A stretch of DNA of 64,000 nt from Octopus vulgaris (taxonomy: Eukaryota): contig OX597838.1 in NCBI GenBank assembly GCA_951406725.2, positions 44,454,001 to 44,518,000 on the forward strand, in the 5' to 3' direction. A program made the translations under genes and the position numbers. The notes under the pieces were generated by a model. The model was given only the letters and a program-made list of their open reading frames with translations. It ran no database searches and was not told where the DNA came from. Position 1 is the stretch's first letter, and each line of letters begins with the position of its first letter. Shown here one piece after another: positions 12,331 through 25,489 of the stretch.

Positions 12331-14220
12331 TATACACATATATACACAGATACATAAGTATATATATGTATACACTTATATCGTCGCAAAATATATTTCA
12401 CGTTAATATAGATAACTGGTCAGAACATTACCATCAGTTTCGCGCTGTGTACTACCAACTGAGAATATTGACATTTCATACGTGCTATCCGTAAGCTTAT
12501 AGTCTCGTCATCACTAAAACTATATCGCCTCAAGTCTGATTCAGGTTTAACGAAAGAGTTGAACAAAATTTTGGTGGCGATGTTGAAGAACGAATGTAAT
12601 GTCAGAAGGAAGAAAGAGAAAAGGTACAGTTAATCCCAATGGATTAGCATTAACTTTAGGTGAAGTTTGAAAGCTGTGTGAGTAACCTTATTAAATTCGA
12701 AAAGCGACATTACCATGACACCAAAACAAATTTACGCTTATGAAAGCATTATGCGAAAGTCTCGCTTTTCGAGTTCAGAAAAGCACCCGGACCTTGTGAA
12801 ATCCTTCCTGCCAAGGAGACTCTATCATTTCCTACTTCCATTAAGATGTCGTCTAACTCTTTCAAGCAATCTCTAATCAATTTTATTTGAGCTTGCCTCC
12901 TCTTCTTATCACTATATATAACTGGTTAGATTTTCAACATAACGTTTTCCCTGAAATTTTAAATAAGATGCGTAATTATTCAACCTGGCCTTCAAGTGGT
13001 CCTCTGTTAATGCGACGCATTTTAATGAAAATGTGTCGTACAGTTGGTATTCGTCGATGCTCCCTCAACTTCGTCGACCATGGCCGTTGTAGTGAACTCT
13101 TTTTCTACATGCCAAAATCATTGCCGATATTTTACGCAATCTCCATTTTGTTCATATTTCAATAACGATGTCCACTGAAGCATAAGCAAGACTGTTGCTT
13201 TCATTTTCCATGTTGACAAAAATCCATTTACCTTTTAAATAAATAAATTAATATGTTTTAGTGAAATTGATTCTTCATTTCACGACCTTAACTCCACTTT
13301 GGTAGTTAGAAAGTCGCTAACGTTTTCTTTCTCTAACTAAATGAAAAATATCAATTAACTGAGAATTTATCGCATTCCGTTAACTACATCTCACTTTATC
13401 AAATATGTATATGTTATAGTAATTTTTACAGTCATGTAAAGCAATATATCACGATAGCAGCTTTTATAGTCACTCAGTATGATATTTAAAATCATGATTT
13501 TAATTAACCCATCAAGTGATATAATTGTTTATAACCTATATTGGCAGAGGATATGGCCAACCAGCTCAACACATTTATGGTATCATAGGAAATTACATAG
13601 TCATATCAGATAATATCCACTAAATCCACTTAATATTGAACATAATTATAAATTACATACAGAGTGGATAACTTTATATAAGTTATCCACTTATATATCT
13701 ACTTAGCATAAGTCAAAACAAATATGTGACGTAGAGGATCTTTTGTGAATTTATCATGGAATTTCTGTTCATACAGCATAGCCAGAAAGCTGTTATAGAA
13801 ACAGACAGCTCGTTGACCCGCAGAGCGATGTACTCCATAGGTTCGGTCAAGGTTTGTAAACTTAGCCGATGCTTTAGAGATATTGAAACAAGACTCTATA
13901 GTAGTCACAATACAATGAAGGCCGCTGGTTTTCAATTAACTCACTACAAATATTCCCCTTGTAGCAAATATTTAATGAAGATTTTTACAATACATTGATA
14001 TAATGATAATTGACTTTCATAAACAAGATATGATTAACAGTTCCTGTTGCGGTTGTTTTAGATATTACTAGTTGTTGATTCTCGATTTAGAAAAAAAGAG
14101 AAAATATTTGCATTTTCGACGGAAAATTTCCTTTGAATGGCTTCGCTAGAAACTTAGGGAAATATGAGATTACAGTGATAGTGATAATGACAATGACGAC
14201 GACGACGATGATGATGATAA

Positions 14221-15140
14221 TGAATTCTTTTATTAACCATAAGAGCATCAATGAGGGGCACATCATAAGAATAGTCAACTATTTGTGCGTGGATTTGCAT
14301 AAAGAATGAGAAGGAAAACTGGAAAAGACGGCGAAATGCGATAACAACGTATATGGCATGTATGTGATAAAATGAACGATGCATCCCTCAAATACAGGAG
14401 CAATCCAGTGAGGGTCATTAAAGGAATCTCCCAGATCCAGTATTGTTCTAGCCAACAAAGGTTTCCGAATCTTCAAGTGCATTCACTTTAACCATTTTTG
14501 CCACGTTCACACATTTTTCACTAATTCACTGGGTGGTGACACTGCACTCTCCACCCTCACTTTCCTTCCTAAGTGGAACTTGGAAAAGTCGATGAGGGAT
14601 TGAACTAAAAGGAGGGTGTCTTAAATAATTAGTTCAGCCTTGTCAATCACATAACCTCTTACACCATAACCACAAGATAGTGGACACACCACCCACTCTG
14701 CCTTGTTGGCGATCTTCATCATGGACTCGACCGATAATCGGATTCGTCCCAAACGCGTGAACAGCTATTCGACATAGCTCCACAAGAGAGCAATACTCGG
14801 ACACTGCAGAACGGTTTCGTCGCTCTGTGCGCATCATGGACTGTCCTGTCTGACAGCGTTTCCGTGTCTCTAGCTCGCAGTGCTCCTCAGCAGTACTTCC
14901 AAGCCAGGGATTTCTGGAAGTTATCTATGCATATACTTGGCCCGAAAGTCCTCGGAAACAAACCAGCTAGTTCGTACCCATCGGCACCTAAAGTCTCTCC
15001 CAGGAAGTCATTGCTCTTACCCACCACTAGGTTTCTATGTATATTGCTACCTTAGAACTTCCACTGGCCATATTGCCAGACTGGTTGAGGGTAGTAATGA
15101 AATTCCAGATGTCAGGCACCTAATCTTCGTTATTTTCTGA
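14221..15140 (-). mobile_element. 3' end of a Tx1/L1-clade LINE (ORF2 C-terminal zinc-finger region plus 3' UTR), pseudogenised
   Basis: Minus-strand translation gives DNFQKSLAWKYC*GAL..HGNAV..CAQSDETVLQCPSIALLWSYVE and FHLGRKVRVE; ends in AATAAAAGAATTCA followed by (TCA)/(TTA) repeats. Confidence 0.7.
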
Positions 15141-15544
15141 CCCAGGATTGCGGCTCCATTAAAGTGATGAGCGGCGGAGAACACACTGGATCATTAATAA
15201 AAAACCTTTTTACTATCGACAGATAGTCAAATCTTAAGAGACCCCTAGAACATGTAACATATAAACTAGGTTCTAAACTTAATTTATCACAGTTGTTGCC
15301 GAACCAGTGATGGCAACACTTACACTAAAGCACTAAAGTTAGATATGAAACTTACAAGACTCTGAAGGTTGAACAATATAATTAGATTATAGAATTTAAA
15401 TTGCATTAGCGGTAATCATTCTTTAGGGGACCCCACTGTTTATCTGGTACTTATCTTATCGATCCGGAAGTTTTAAGTTCGACCTCGGTGGAATTTGAAC
15501 TGAGAACGTGAAGACGGACAGAATGCTGTTTTGCCCGGCGCACT

Positions 15545-15593
15545 AACAGCAGCAGCAGCAACTACTACTATTACAACCACAACAACAACAACA

Positions 15594-15631
<38 letters not shown>

Positions 15632-15806
15632 CACTGTAGCTACAACTATTGCTACCACCACAAGTACCCCCACCACTACTACGTCTACTACTAATGCTTA
15701 CTGTTACTGTTCCACCTACTACTATTACTACTACTTGTAGTACTATTGATAGTGGTAGTAGTAGTATTAGTATTAGTAGTATTAGTAGTAGTAGTAGTAG
15801 TAGTAG
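15545..15806. repeat. Compound (ACT)n/(ACA)n then (AGT)n trinucleotide tract
   Basis: Directly visible. Confidence 0.9.
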
Positions 15807-15919
15807 TGCTTGATCAGCCATTATATCTAAATATTTTCCTTTATTTACACAACTAGTTAATTTTCTATGTATTTACTGTTGAAATTTTCCGTTTTTTTAC
15901 TGTCGAAATTTACTGTTGT

Positions 15920-16110
15920 GTCTTTGCGGTATTTCCTCTGCTGTTACGTTCTGAGTTCAAATTCCGCCGAGGTCGACTTTGCCTTTCATCTTTTCGGGGT
16001 CGATTAAATAAGTATCAGTAAATCACTAGGGTCGATGTAATCGACTTAATCCCCTTGTCTGTCCTTGTTTGTCCCCTCTATGTTTAGCCCCCTGTGGGCA
16101 ATATAGAAAT
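15920..16110 (+). mobile_element. SINE family B copy
   Basis: GTTCTGAGTTCAAATTCCGCCGAGGTCGACTTTGCCTTTCATC core and GTTTAGCCCC..GAAATA tail. Confidence 0.85.
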
Positions 16111-16589
16111 AACTACCTTTCCAAAGCGCCTACTCTAGATTCCTAGCCTATTTTTTCTGTCGCTAAGTTCTTACTATACCTTATTGATTCTACTTTAATC
16201 GGCCTTTTAAGAGCGTAAAATCATTTGTAGGATTTACACGTCAATGCACTGGTAGATAGCCCAGTTTTTCTAATCAAAGGCGTCGAGAGCAATGCTTTCC
16301 TCCTTCAGTAACTGTGTCCTTGTCTACGGAGCCTAACGAGATTGGCCATGCAGATCTCAAACTTGTGGCCTGTGTAGTCGAGAATTTCGAATTGTAGGCT
16401 ATCGTAGACTACTGTAATCCATTGTCACGTACGAAATATCGTGTAAGTACTCGTCAGATATTTCGAAATTACTGAGCAGGTTGGTGAGTTGTTTGAAACC
16501 ATTTCGAGACCCACACAATCCAAGCTTGCATCCTAGATACCATTTCAAACTTCCACTACCTATAAGGAGTGGATGTTCTAAGGAAATAC

Positions 16590-17140
16590 TCAAATGTCTA
16601 AAGAAACCTGTCTTGGGACGTACACAGCTATGAGTCTGAAGAAAGGTCTTTGTTGTTCACGTCAAAAGTACTACAAACTTACGCTCTGAGTCAAAGAAGA
16701 TGGTTCGTATTGTAAGATTCAGCCGGTCGAAACAGTACAGTGTCTTCGCCTTCCAATCCCGGGGGGCCTAGAGATAAATAAATATCGTTTCCACCAAATA
16801 TGGCTACGAGGGATCGAGGGAAGGAATTTCTAGTCTTGCTCATGTCCACCGTATCTAAATATATATAGTGACCTCTAGTCGTTGTGCAGATGGTACTTTT
16901 TCAAAGGTAAACCAAGGCCCACTGACATTTATTCTGCCTATTCTGAGTGAAGTCATCTCCAACTGATATTAAAGGAAACGGAGAGCTAATTACAGGAAGG
17001 ATAGATAGATGCTCTCTCACATTCTTTATTATAGTTCCTTATCAAATATTTTTTGATATACCTTCTGAAGTCCATCGGCGTAGATGACAACTGTTCCTGG
17101 GGTTGTTGGTGAAGATGGCATATCATCTGAACTGTTACCT
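16590..17140 (+). pseudogene. Highly decayed Tx1-like ORF1 remnant
   Basis: SRQKYYKLTL*VKED..QPVETVQCLRLP aligns loosely with the other ORF1 copies; a frameshifted C..C..GED.GH..C knuckle lies near 17090-17135. Confidence 0.35.
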
Positions 17141-18514
17141 AATCCGAAGAATGGCAAGCATTGTTGACCTACAGAGAAACGATATCTTCTTATATTCTAA
17201 AAAAGATTTTTATGATTCGAGGAGACTTGCTGTCACCAAAACTCAAGACAGCATCTAATATACCATTTAATAGTTATTATAACAAGAATTACGACGACGC
17301 CAATAAAAACAACAACAACAACAACAGCGACGAAGACGGCGACGACAAGAGCAACAACGACAATAATAATAATGATAACAATCGACATCATGGTTTCAAT
17401 TTAAATATAAAACAGATTAATTCTTGTAATGTTTGTAATATAAGAGATACCCTAAAGAAAGCGTTGGAAAACCAGGCAAATAAATAACCCATTTTTCCTT
17501 TCACACTAATATGGAATTATTTCGTGTTTGTTCTCTTTTCTTGTGTTTTCCTTTTATCGTTTGTGTAAATTTTGTTTTGTATTGTACGTTGTTTTCAGCC
17601 ATTCATTTTGTTTTTAATTGTCTTTTTGTATTTATTTAAAAACTTTTTTTGGTTCCTTTTCTCTTATATTGATAACTACCTTGGCAATAAATTCAATTTC
17701 ATATCAAATTCTTTCCCCTCCACCGCCAATTCCTATTGCAGCTAGACTCATTTCCTTGCATTCCCATTAATAATATTAACTCCCTGTACTTGCCGTATTA
17801 TGCCTTATATTTTCTTTTAAAACTGTTGTTTTTTGTAACACACACATACTCACATATACACAGACAAATACAAAAACGTGCATATACGCGATCTCACCTG
17901 ATTTTAATCTACCTTCACGGAAAGAAATGCGATAATATTTATGTCTAATTCTGCTTTATATTACTCGTCTATTGTTAAACTCCAATTGCCGTCAAAACAG
18001 GTCCTACTTTCCGATGTTGTTATTTCCCTCTAGGTCAACTATGATTGTACAGAAATCTCAGAGAAGTTAACGCAGGCATCATTTTAGTGAAATCTAGAAC
18101 TGAATTCCTACCTTCCAAACGATAGGTTAAAATACCATTATGAAAGTTAGTCTCGTAGCTTTAGTCGCATGAACGATCGACAACGTAGACTCCATTAGTT
18201 GTCTCGTCTTCATATTCTAGTGTAGACCCAGGACGATTCGGAATGAATTCTAAGGTAGATTGATATTCTACCTGACAGTAAGCTTAAACCGTATTTGTTT
18301 TGCCAGTTATATTTTGTCCCCGGGCAGATTAAAATTATGCTCTCACAAACTGCTAAGTTGTGATGTAGTCGTATGATGAGCTGTGTGAGTGTCGAAACGT
18401 AGTTTACTTTATCTACTTGAGACAGGTTCAACATTGATTTCCGGGAAACTCCAAAGACATTTCGAATCACTGCTTTTTCCGAACCATGGTGGTCGCACTC
18501 TAAATTAAACAAAT

Positions 18515-19185
18515 ATTGGTTTCAAATGTTGGGTGGGGGCGGGGGTTATGTTGATTACATCAACCTCAGCGTTCGACTGGCACTTATTTTATCTACTCCG
18601 AATTGATGAAAGATACAGTCGGCTTCGGTGGAATTTGAACTCAGAGCGTAAGACGGACGAAGTGCTGCGAAGAATTATTTTTCCCACCATGCTACTGACT
18701 CTGCCAGAAAGCCGCTTTAAATTAAACAAGCATTAAATTTCCTTAATTAAATGAAATACAGGTACGACTACATTAGTTTAACTAATCCTTTCTACTACAG
18801 GCACAAAATCTGAAATTTTGGGTGGGGAAATAAGTCGATTATATCGATCCCTTTGCTCAACTGGTACTTATTTTATCGACCTCTAAAGGATGAAAGACAA
18901 AGTCGACCTCAGCGGAACTTGAAATCAGAGCATAAATACAGTCGAAATGCCTATTTCTTTACTACCCACAAGGGGCTAAACACAGAGAGGACAAACGAGG
19001 ACAGACAAACGGTTTAAGTCGATTATATCGACCCCAGTGCGTAACTAGTACTTAATTTATCGACCCCGAAAGGATGAAAGGCAAAGTCGACCTCGGCGGA
19101 ATTTGAACGCAGAACGTAACGGCAGACGAAATGCCGCTAAGCATTTCACCCGGCGCGCTAACGTTTCTGCCAGCTCGCCGCCTTA
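18515..19185 (-). mobile_element. Cluster of three SINE family B copies (one decayed, then a dimer)
   Basis: Repeated GAAAGGATGAAAGGCAAAGTCGACCTCGGCGGAATTTGAAC core; head CCAGCTCGCCGCCTT at 19170-19184. Confidence 0.85.
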
Positions 19186-20417
19186 TACATTAGTATAAAT
19201 AATACAAAGTTTTTAATACTTTGCTGCACAAAGAATTAGCCCGTGCAAGGAACCAGTAAACTAGTTTTGTGGCTGCCGGAATATGAAGTTCTTGCTTGTA
19301 AATTAACGCAGATTCTAAAAAGTTTCAGAGTATTGTCTGGAAATCCGGTTTTGTCCCTGTTCTGTGGTTCCGTTAGTACATTGTGTGTAGCTGTCGGGAA
19401 GTGACGAAGATGACCTCCTCAGGAGGATTACATCTAAACAATGTTTTTGGAAGGTAACGGGCCGATAATAACTGGCCGAAATTGCCAGTTATTCCCTTTC
19501 TAGCCATTCTGACATCCTAAAACCCATACAGTCACATTACATATTCACTGGATTAAAACAGCCCTGGCTTTTGGCGCAGTTATCTTCCATACTGACATAA
19601 ATTAACACATGGATATAACACACACATTTTGTTAATAAGAACACGCAACACAATCACAGGACTTTGGTAAAAAAATGAAATTATTATTACCCCAGATATT
19701 TATTGATATAAATAAGTGTCATTTAGGTTTTAAGAAGTCAATTGGATTTTTTATCTTTTTTATCGAGCCGTTAAAGTGAGTTGAAAAGATGGTTTTAGCT
19801 CCTTTTCCCATTCCCTAATATAATCGTAGCCTATTCTGTTGGCTACACGCAGCGAATGACTGGTACTTTGAGTTTCGTACTGTCACGGGGCTGAATTTCC
19901 TAAAGGAGAAACAATAGTTTTGTTCTTTCTGTTTCTCTAATGACACTGCATCACGGCTCTCTGCTGAAACATATGTTTCGGTAAATTATAAGAGTAATTA
20001 TAAGCACATATCAGAATAGGGTTTGGTGGTTATTGATTGGTGGGATTATTGATAGTACTCTTTCGTAGTCCGAGAAAAGGGGTTCTGCAATTTCTTGCTG
20101 AAAACCCTCGCGAATGGTTGGTTTATAGTGATCGAATGTATGGTGAGTACTTTAGTTCTCTGCCTCCATCAAATCGACGTTGCCTGAACAGGTTCATGGT
20201 GTACCACATATAATGTGTCGAAGTGATCGAAGAAGTGAGAGTGTTTTTCTCAAGAACAACATTTATCACCCTGTCCAAAAATTTTAAATCAGGATCTTGT
20301 GATAGTGAGTATAGCACACTAATCACTAGGCCATGCGCTGTCACACGACTGGTATCGATAGACGGCTACAAACGAAAAACGTATACAAAGGAATGTATAA
20401 TTTATTTATAAAATCTT

Positions 20418-20693
20418 GCGTAGTTAAAAGCGCGGGCTACTAACCCCAACATTCCGAGTTCGATTCCAAGCAGTGACCTGAATAATAATAAAAATAAAAA
20501 TAAATAATAATGATAATAACATCGAAAAATACCTTAGGAATGAGAACCCAGGTTCGAAAATTTCCCAAGACACCTGAAGAAGGCTGGAGAGTATATTAGC
20601 CAAAACGTTGTGTTAACAACAAACAAGATGAGGACAAATATCCGTCAAATGTAAATAATGTACATAATTCCTCATCTCTTAAATATAGAAATG
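20418..20693 (+). mobile_element. Short element: tRNA-like head + (AAT)n spacer + hammerhead-bearing pLTR-like body
   Basis: GCGTAGTTAAAAGCGCGGG (A-box-like), GAGTTCGATTCC (B box) at 20456-20467, then the hammerhead motif at 20570-20613. Confidence 0.55.
20570..20613 (+). ncRNA. Minimal type I hammerhead motif with G12->A change (this copy probably inactive)
   Basis: ACAC-CUGAAGA-A-GGCUG-(10 nt)-UAGCC-AAAAC-GUU-GUGU; palindromic AACGUU in place of helix III. Confidence 0.6.
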
Positions 20694-20744
20694 TATCTTT
20701 AATATTGTTAACATTATCATGTTGTTTGTGTTGTTGTTTGTTCC

Positions 20745-21031
20745 TTCTCAAGCCATGCCTAGCTCATAAGGGCCGGTTTCCCGGTTTCATTGGCATATAG
20801 GTTCCCCTCCTCGACGGGATGCCGGTCCGTCGCAGGTGAGCTGTAAGATGCAGGAGGAAAGAGTGAGATAAAGTTGTGGCGAAAGAGTCAGCAGAAGTTT
20901 GCCATTACCTTCTGCCGGAGCTGCGTTGAGTTTAGGTGTGTCGCTCATAAACACACACCCGGTCTGAGATTCGAACCCACGATCCCTCGACCGCGAATCC
21001 ACTGCTCTAACCACTAGGTGATGTGAATCCA
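20745..21031 (-). mobile_element. tRNA-derived SINE family C
   Basis: Minus-strand head CCTAGTGGTTAGAGCAGTGGATTCGCGGTCGAGGGATCGTGGGTTCGAATCTC (A and B boxes). The tail GAAACCGGGAAACCGGCCC is also seen near 39930 and 41910. Confidence 0.8.
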
Positions 21032-22179
21032 CTAACATTATCATATGATATTAAAAAGGGCGGGTGTAAGCAGACTTGTTAGTAGCAGTAATAATATCAT
21101 AGCGCCAGCTACCGGAGTTCCCCGGTGTATAAGTGACCGAGATCACAATCACGGAAAGTTGCTCATTTACTACTGAGAGGACGGGAGGCATTTGAAGTGA
21201 AGTGATTCGCTCGAACACACAATGCACCACCTGGTCCAAGAAAGTACGACATTACAATCGTCAGTACAAAATTTCCATCACTTGACTATGTGCCTTCCCG
21301 AAAACTTACTGCGTCGCAAAAGCGCTTTGCGATATTTCTCACTAAGGTTCTGAGCTGGGAAAAGGGCTAGCGTACCGGACAAAATGCTAAGTGACATTTC
21401 GTGCGTCTTTACGTACTGAGTTCAGATTCTGCCGAGGTCGAATTTGTCTTTCATCTCTTCAGGGTCGATAAATTAAGTACCAGTTCAGTGGTGGGGGTTG
21501 ACGTAATCGACTTATGTCCTTCCCCAAAATTTTTGGCCTTGTACCAAAAATTTCGGGGAAGGACATTGATATTTCTTCTCACTCTTCTGACGCTTTGTAT
21601 TCTGAGTTCAAATCCCACTGAGCTTAACTTTACTTTTCATCCTCTCGGAGTCGATATCATAAGGCAGCAGTCACGCTGAGGTCGATGACAATCTGTCATT
21701 TGCAGGTCTTTTGTTTTAATCGGAAACGAATACGTAAAACGTGCTTTAATGCTGCTTATTACTGCTGGTATCTACAGTTCAACTTCAGACATTTGTATTT
21801 TCAGGTAAGTTTCGATAGTGGTGAATTCATTTCCGTATTATCGATGAAATCATCTCAATCACTTCTTTCATATTATCCGCAGGTGGGGCGCAAGAAACAG
21901 CTTGCCATACTCCGTTGAGATCATTGCCCTGAAATATCGAACCTTGTCTATTCTGAAGAGTTAGTACAAATGATTGTATTATTACACAGCCTATTACACA
22001 GCAGAAATATTCTACTTTAAGTTATAGAATTATATCAAAGTTATATCACATTACAAGATATTCTTCTCTTTTACTTAGCAAGGCATTCGGTGAAATACAT
22101 AGTAGCATTGCCGCAAGTTAACCAAGGTTTGCAGATTGAATCTGGTATACAAAAGTCTGATATATACATATAAATGAAC

Positions 22180-22223
22180 GTCTATGTGTGTGTATGTGTT
22201 TGTATATGTATATATGTATATAT

Positions 22224-22270
<47 letters not shown>

Positions 22271-22357
22271 TACATATATACATATATACATATATATATA
22301 CATATATGTATATACATATATATATATACATATATATATATACACACATATGCATAC

Positions 22358-22430
<73 letters not shown>
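22180..22430. repeat. (TA)n/(CATA)n compound microsatellite
   Basis: Directly visible. Confidence 0.9.
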
Positions 22431-22431
<1 letters not shown>

Positions 22432-22841
22432 TTATATTTCGGAATGGTCATTTTGCCAGTTTAGCCAAAAAAAAACACATGCACTATATATTTGGTGTTA
22501 TTTTGCTTCAGTGTTATTTATTTTTTACATTATTCTTAATCTTATTTCGGCCAGAGTTCTTTCGTCACACTCCTGTGACCGCATCAGTGGTCCTTTGTTT
22601 TCTTCTTTCGTATTTGTGTCTCTCCTTACTAACCATCAGCCATTTTGTATTTCTATTGTATGTCTTCATTTGCGCATGCTTATATCTCTATGTGCGTCTA
22701 TGTTTATTTAATGTGTGTATGTGGGGGGATGCCTATAATATTTGTATTTTCTGTTTATATATGTTCATGTAATTTGTATTTTGTTTTTGCTGTTTTTGTT
22801 TATTCTTATTTTGTTCATGTGTATGAAAATATGCCTACCAG

Positions 22842-22908
<67 letters not shown>

Positions 22909-23289
22909 CTCTATCTCTCTATCTATCTATCTATAGTGTAGGATTGAGTGCGTGTTTCTGTTGGTTTGTAAGTTATGTATGTTTGTACACATACGTGTGT
23001 GTGCGTGTGTGTGTGTATATGAGTGTGAGAGTGTGTGTGCGCGCGTGTGTGTTTGCATCAGAGAGCAAGCTTTAAATTGCTACGTTCAAACAAAACCACT
23101 TGCGTAGTATATATTTCGCATAAATTTCACAAACACTCACTCATAAATGCTTTGGAAATTAAAATATAAAGAAACTTGGAATTGACTAGTTCGATGAGCC
23201 ATGACTAATGACACTGACAGTAATGAAATGAATAATGTATATAACAATGCCAACAATAAGAATAATTCATTCTAATATAGGAAGAAGGC

Positions 23290-24085
23290 AAGGAGCTGCC
23301 AGTGTCGTTAGCAAACCGAGTCAAATATTTAGCGACATTTCGCCCGTCTTTACGGTCTGAGTTCAAATGCTGCCGGAATCGACTTTTGCCTTTCAGAATC
23401 GTTAAATTAAGTATCGGTTGAACGTTGAAGCCAATGTTCCCGACTTAATCTTTTCTTAATCTTGTGCCAAAAGTTGAAACCAATACAAGAACTAGTCATA
23501 AAATTTTGGAGGGGAAATTAGTCGATTACATCGAACCAAATGCTCGATTGGTATTTTTTGATGGACTCCGACAGGGATGAAAAGCAAATTCAACCTCGGT
23601 GGAATTAGAATTTGGGACGAAAAACCAGGAGAAATTCCGCGAAGCATTTTTTCCAGTGTGCATTTGATTCCGTTTGCTCACCATCTACATCATAATAATG
23701 GTTCTCGACTATAGACCTAAGGCCTGAAATTTTGTGGCTAGCTTACCCGCTTACGAACAAAAACACCACAACTAACAACAATGATAATAACAGTCTCAAA
23801 TTCTGGCACAAGGCCAGCAAGATAGGGGGAGGGTTGATGTCAATTTCATCGACATCAGCGTTTAAATGGCACTTTTTTTATCGACCTTGAAAGGATGAGA
23901 GTCAGAATCGACCTCGGTGGAATTTAAACTCAGAACATAAAGACGGACGAAACGTCGCAAAGCATTTTGACCGGTGTGCTAACTATGCCAACTGGCCGCC
24001 TTTATCAATAATAATGCTTTCAAATTTTTCCACAAGGGCAGCAATTTTGGGGGAGGGGATGAGTCGATTACATTGACCCCAGTGG
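23290..24085. mobile_element. Cluster of decayed SINE family B copies in both orientations
   Basis: Recognisable cores near 23360 (+), 23590 (-) and 23900 (-), and a tail at 24020-24085. Confidence 0.7.
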
Positions 24086-24089
24086 ATGA

Positions 24090-24720
24090 GATCAGGTATT
24101 GTTTCGATCGTTTGTTGGTCCGCTTGACTTAACAGCTCTAGTCCTTGATTCTAGCAATTTTGTTGGTGTTACTTGTGTATTTGGAGAATTTCAACTTTAT
24201 CTTCAGAGTCAAGTAGGATGGCCGCCACTAACCAAATATGTCAAATTCTGGGGGTACTTCACCAATTTTTATTTTGGAAACTCGCCGACCGAGGTAAGTC
24301 GGTAAGAGCACTAGTTCCTCTGTCTTTAGGAATACTGTGGAGTCCTACCTTGCTTCGTCTTCCGTCGTGAACCTCACTTCCACAGTGTTATATTTTCTCC
24401 TCCTTGCCACGTATGTCATCTTATTCCAGATTGGTAGCAAGCATTTTCAAATTGTTCTTTTGTAGTTTATTAATTTTTTCTTTTTCTTTTCCTTCGTTAG
24501 AGTTTTGTAGACAACAGTTCTGAGGATTGTGTTTTGTATAATTTGTGGGGTTCAATAAGACATTTCTACCGTTTCTTTGTACTGATCCTGTATAATTCTT
24601 TAATCTGTCAATATATATATATTGTCTCTTGATTGACTCTCACGGCAGCAGCGAAACCGCGACTGCCGCATTTATCTTTCGCATCTTCCCCGTTGGTTTC
24701 AATTGTGTTCGCGGTTGTGG
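24090..24720 (-). pseudogene. Tx1-like ORF1 remnant (mostly missed by the ORF track)
   Basis: Minus strand gives MTYVARRRKYNTVEVRFTTEDEAR*DSTVFLKTEELVLLPTYLGRRVSKIKIGEVP..WLVAAILL, matching the ORF at 61982. Confidence 0.7.
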
Positions 24721-24914
24721 CGGTGGTGGGAAACAGTTTCTTCTTGCTCATAACAAGGAAGAGAGGGAAACATTCTTTCGTATTGTCTAATTTTTTTTGG
24801 GGGGGGTGGTGTTGGTTTCTCAAAAGCTGGAAGTTATGTTTATGCTCAGAATAATAATTGAGTATTATAAAGTCAAAGCGATACACAATTAAATTCAAGA
24901 TTGAAATTCTTCCC

Positions 24915-24994
24915 CGAGCCTTGTGAGTGGATTTGGTAGGCGGAAATTGAAAGTTCCCGTCGTATATACGTGTATATATATGTGTGTGTGTATG

Positions 24995-25043
<49 letters not shown>

Positions 25044-25290
25044 ATGTGTGTGTGGATTTATGTGTATCTATGTCTTTGTGTCTGTTTGTTCCCCTACCTT
25101 GCTTGACAACGCATGTTGGTGTCTTTATGTCCATGTAACTTAGCAGTTCAGCAAAGGACACCGATATTAGACTTATAAAGAATAAGTCCCGGGGTCGATT
25201 TCTTCGACTAAAACCAAACCCCTTTAAAGCGGTGCTTCAACATGGCCGGACTCAAAAGACTGAAACAAGTAATAGAATAGCAGGAGAATA
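24915..25290 (+). mobile_element. SINE family A copy lacking its head
   Basis: GCCTTGTGAGTGGATTTGGTAG, internal microsatellite, tail GGGGTCGATTT..GCGGTGCTTC. Confidence 0.8.
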
Positions 25291-25408
25291 TATACATACA
25301 CACATTCCCCAATTTCCACTCACAATCGGCACCGAGATGAGATTGTCGATACGCATCCTATACTATTTGTGGGAAAAATTCCAAATGTTAAATGCTAGTT
25401 TATTTTGA

Positions 25409-25489
25409 TTCACCTGAAGAAAACGGTTTTTTACATTACGTAATTGATTTGTTCAGAAATAAAAACACGTGCGAAACAGCTGTAGTGAA
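25409..25489 (+). ncRNA. Type I hammerhead ribozyme with long helix II
   Basis: UUCAC-CUGAAGA-(imperfect 52-nt stem containing GUUUUU/AAAAAC)-GAAAC-AGCU-GUA-GUGAA; palindromic ACAGCUGU helix III. Confidence 0.7.

Noticed and set aside
13663-13691. Palindrome AGTGGATAACT..AGTTATCCACT containing a DnaA-box-like TTATCCAC
   Set aside because: Short isolated hairpin in eukaryotic DNA, probably a transposon subterminal repeat; nothing bacterial nearby
16415-16462. Minus-strand CTGACGA-GTAC..GTAC resembling a hammerhead start
   Set aside because: Followed by GTGAC rather than GAAA, with no helix I partner
20960-21031. tRNA-like sequence
   Set aside because: It is the head of a SINE that continues into a repeat body; no proper acceptor stem
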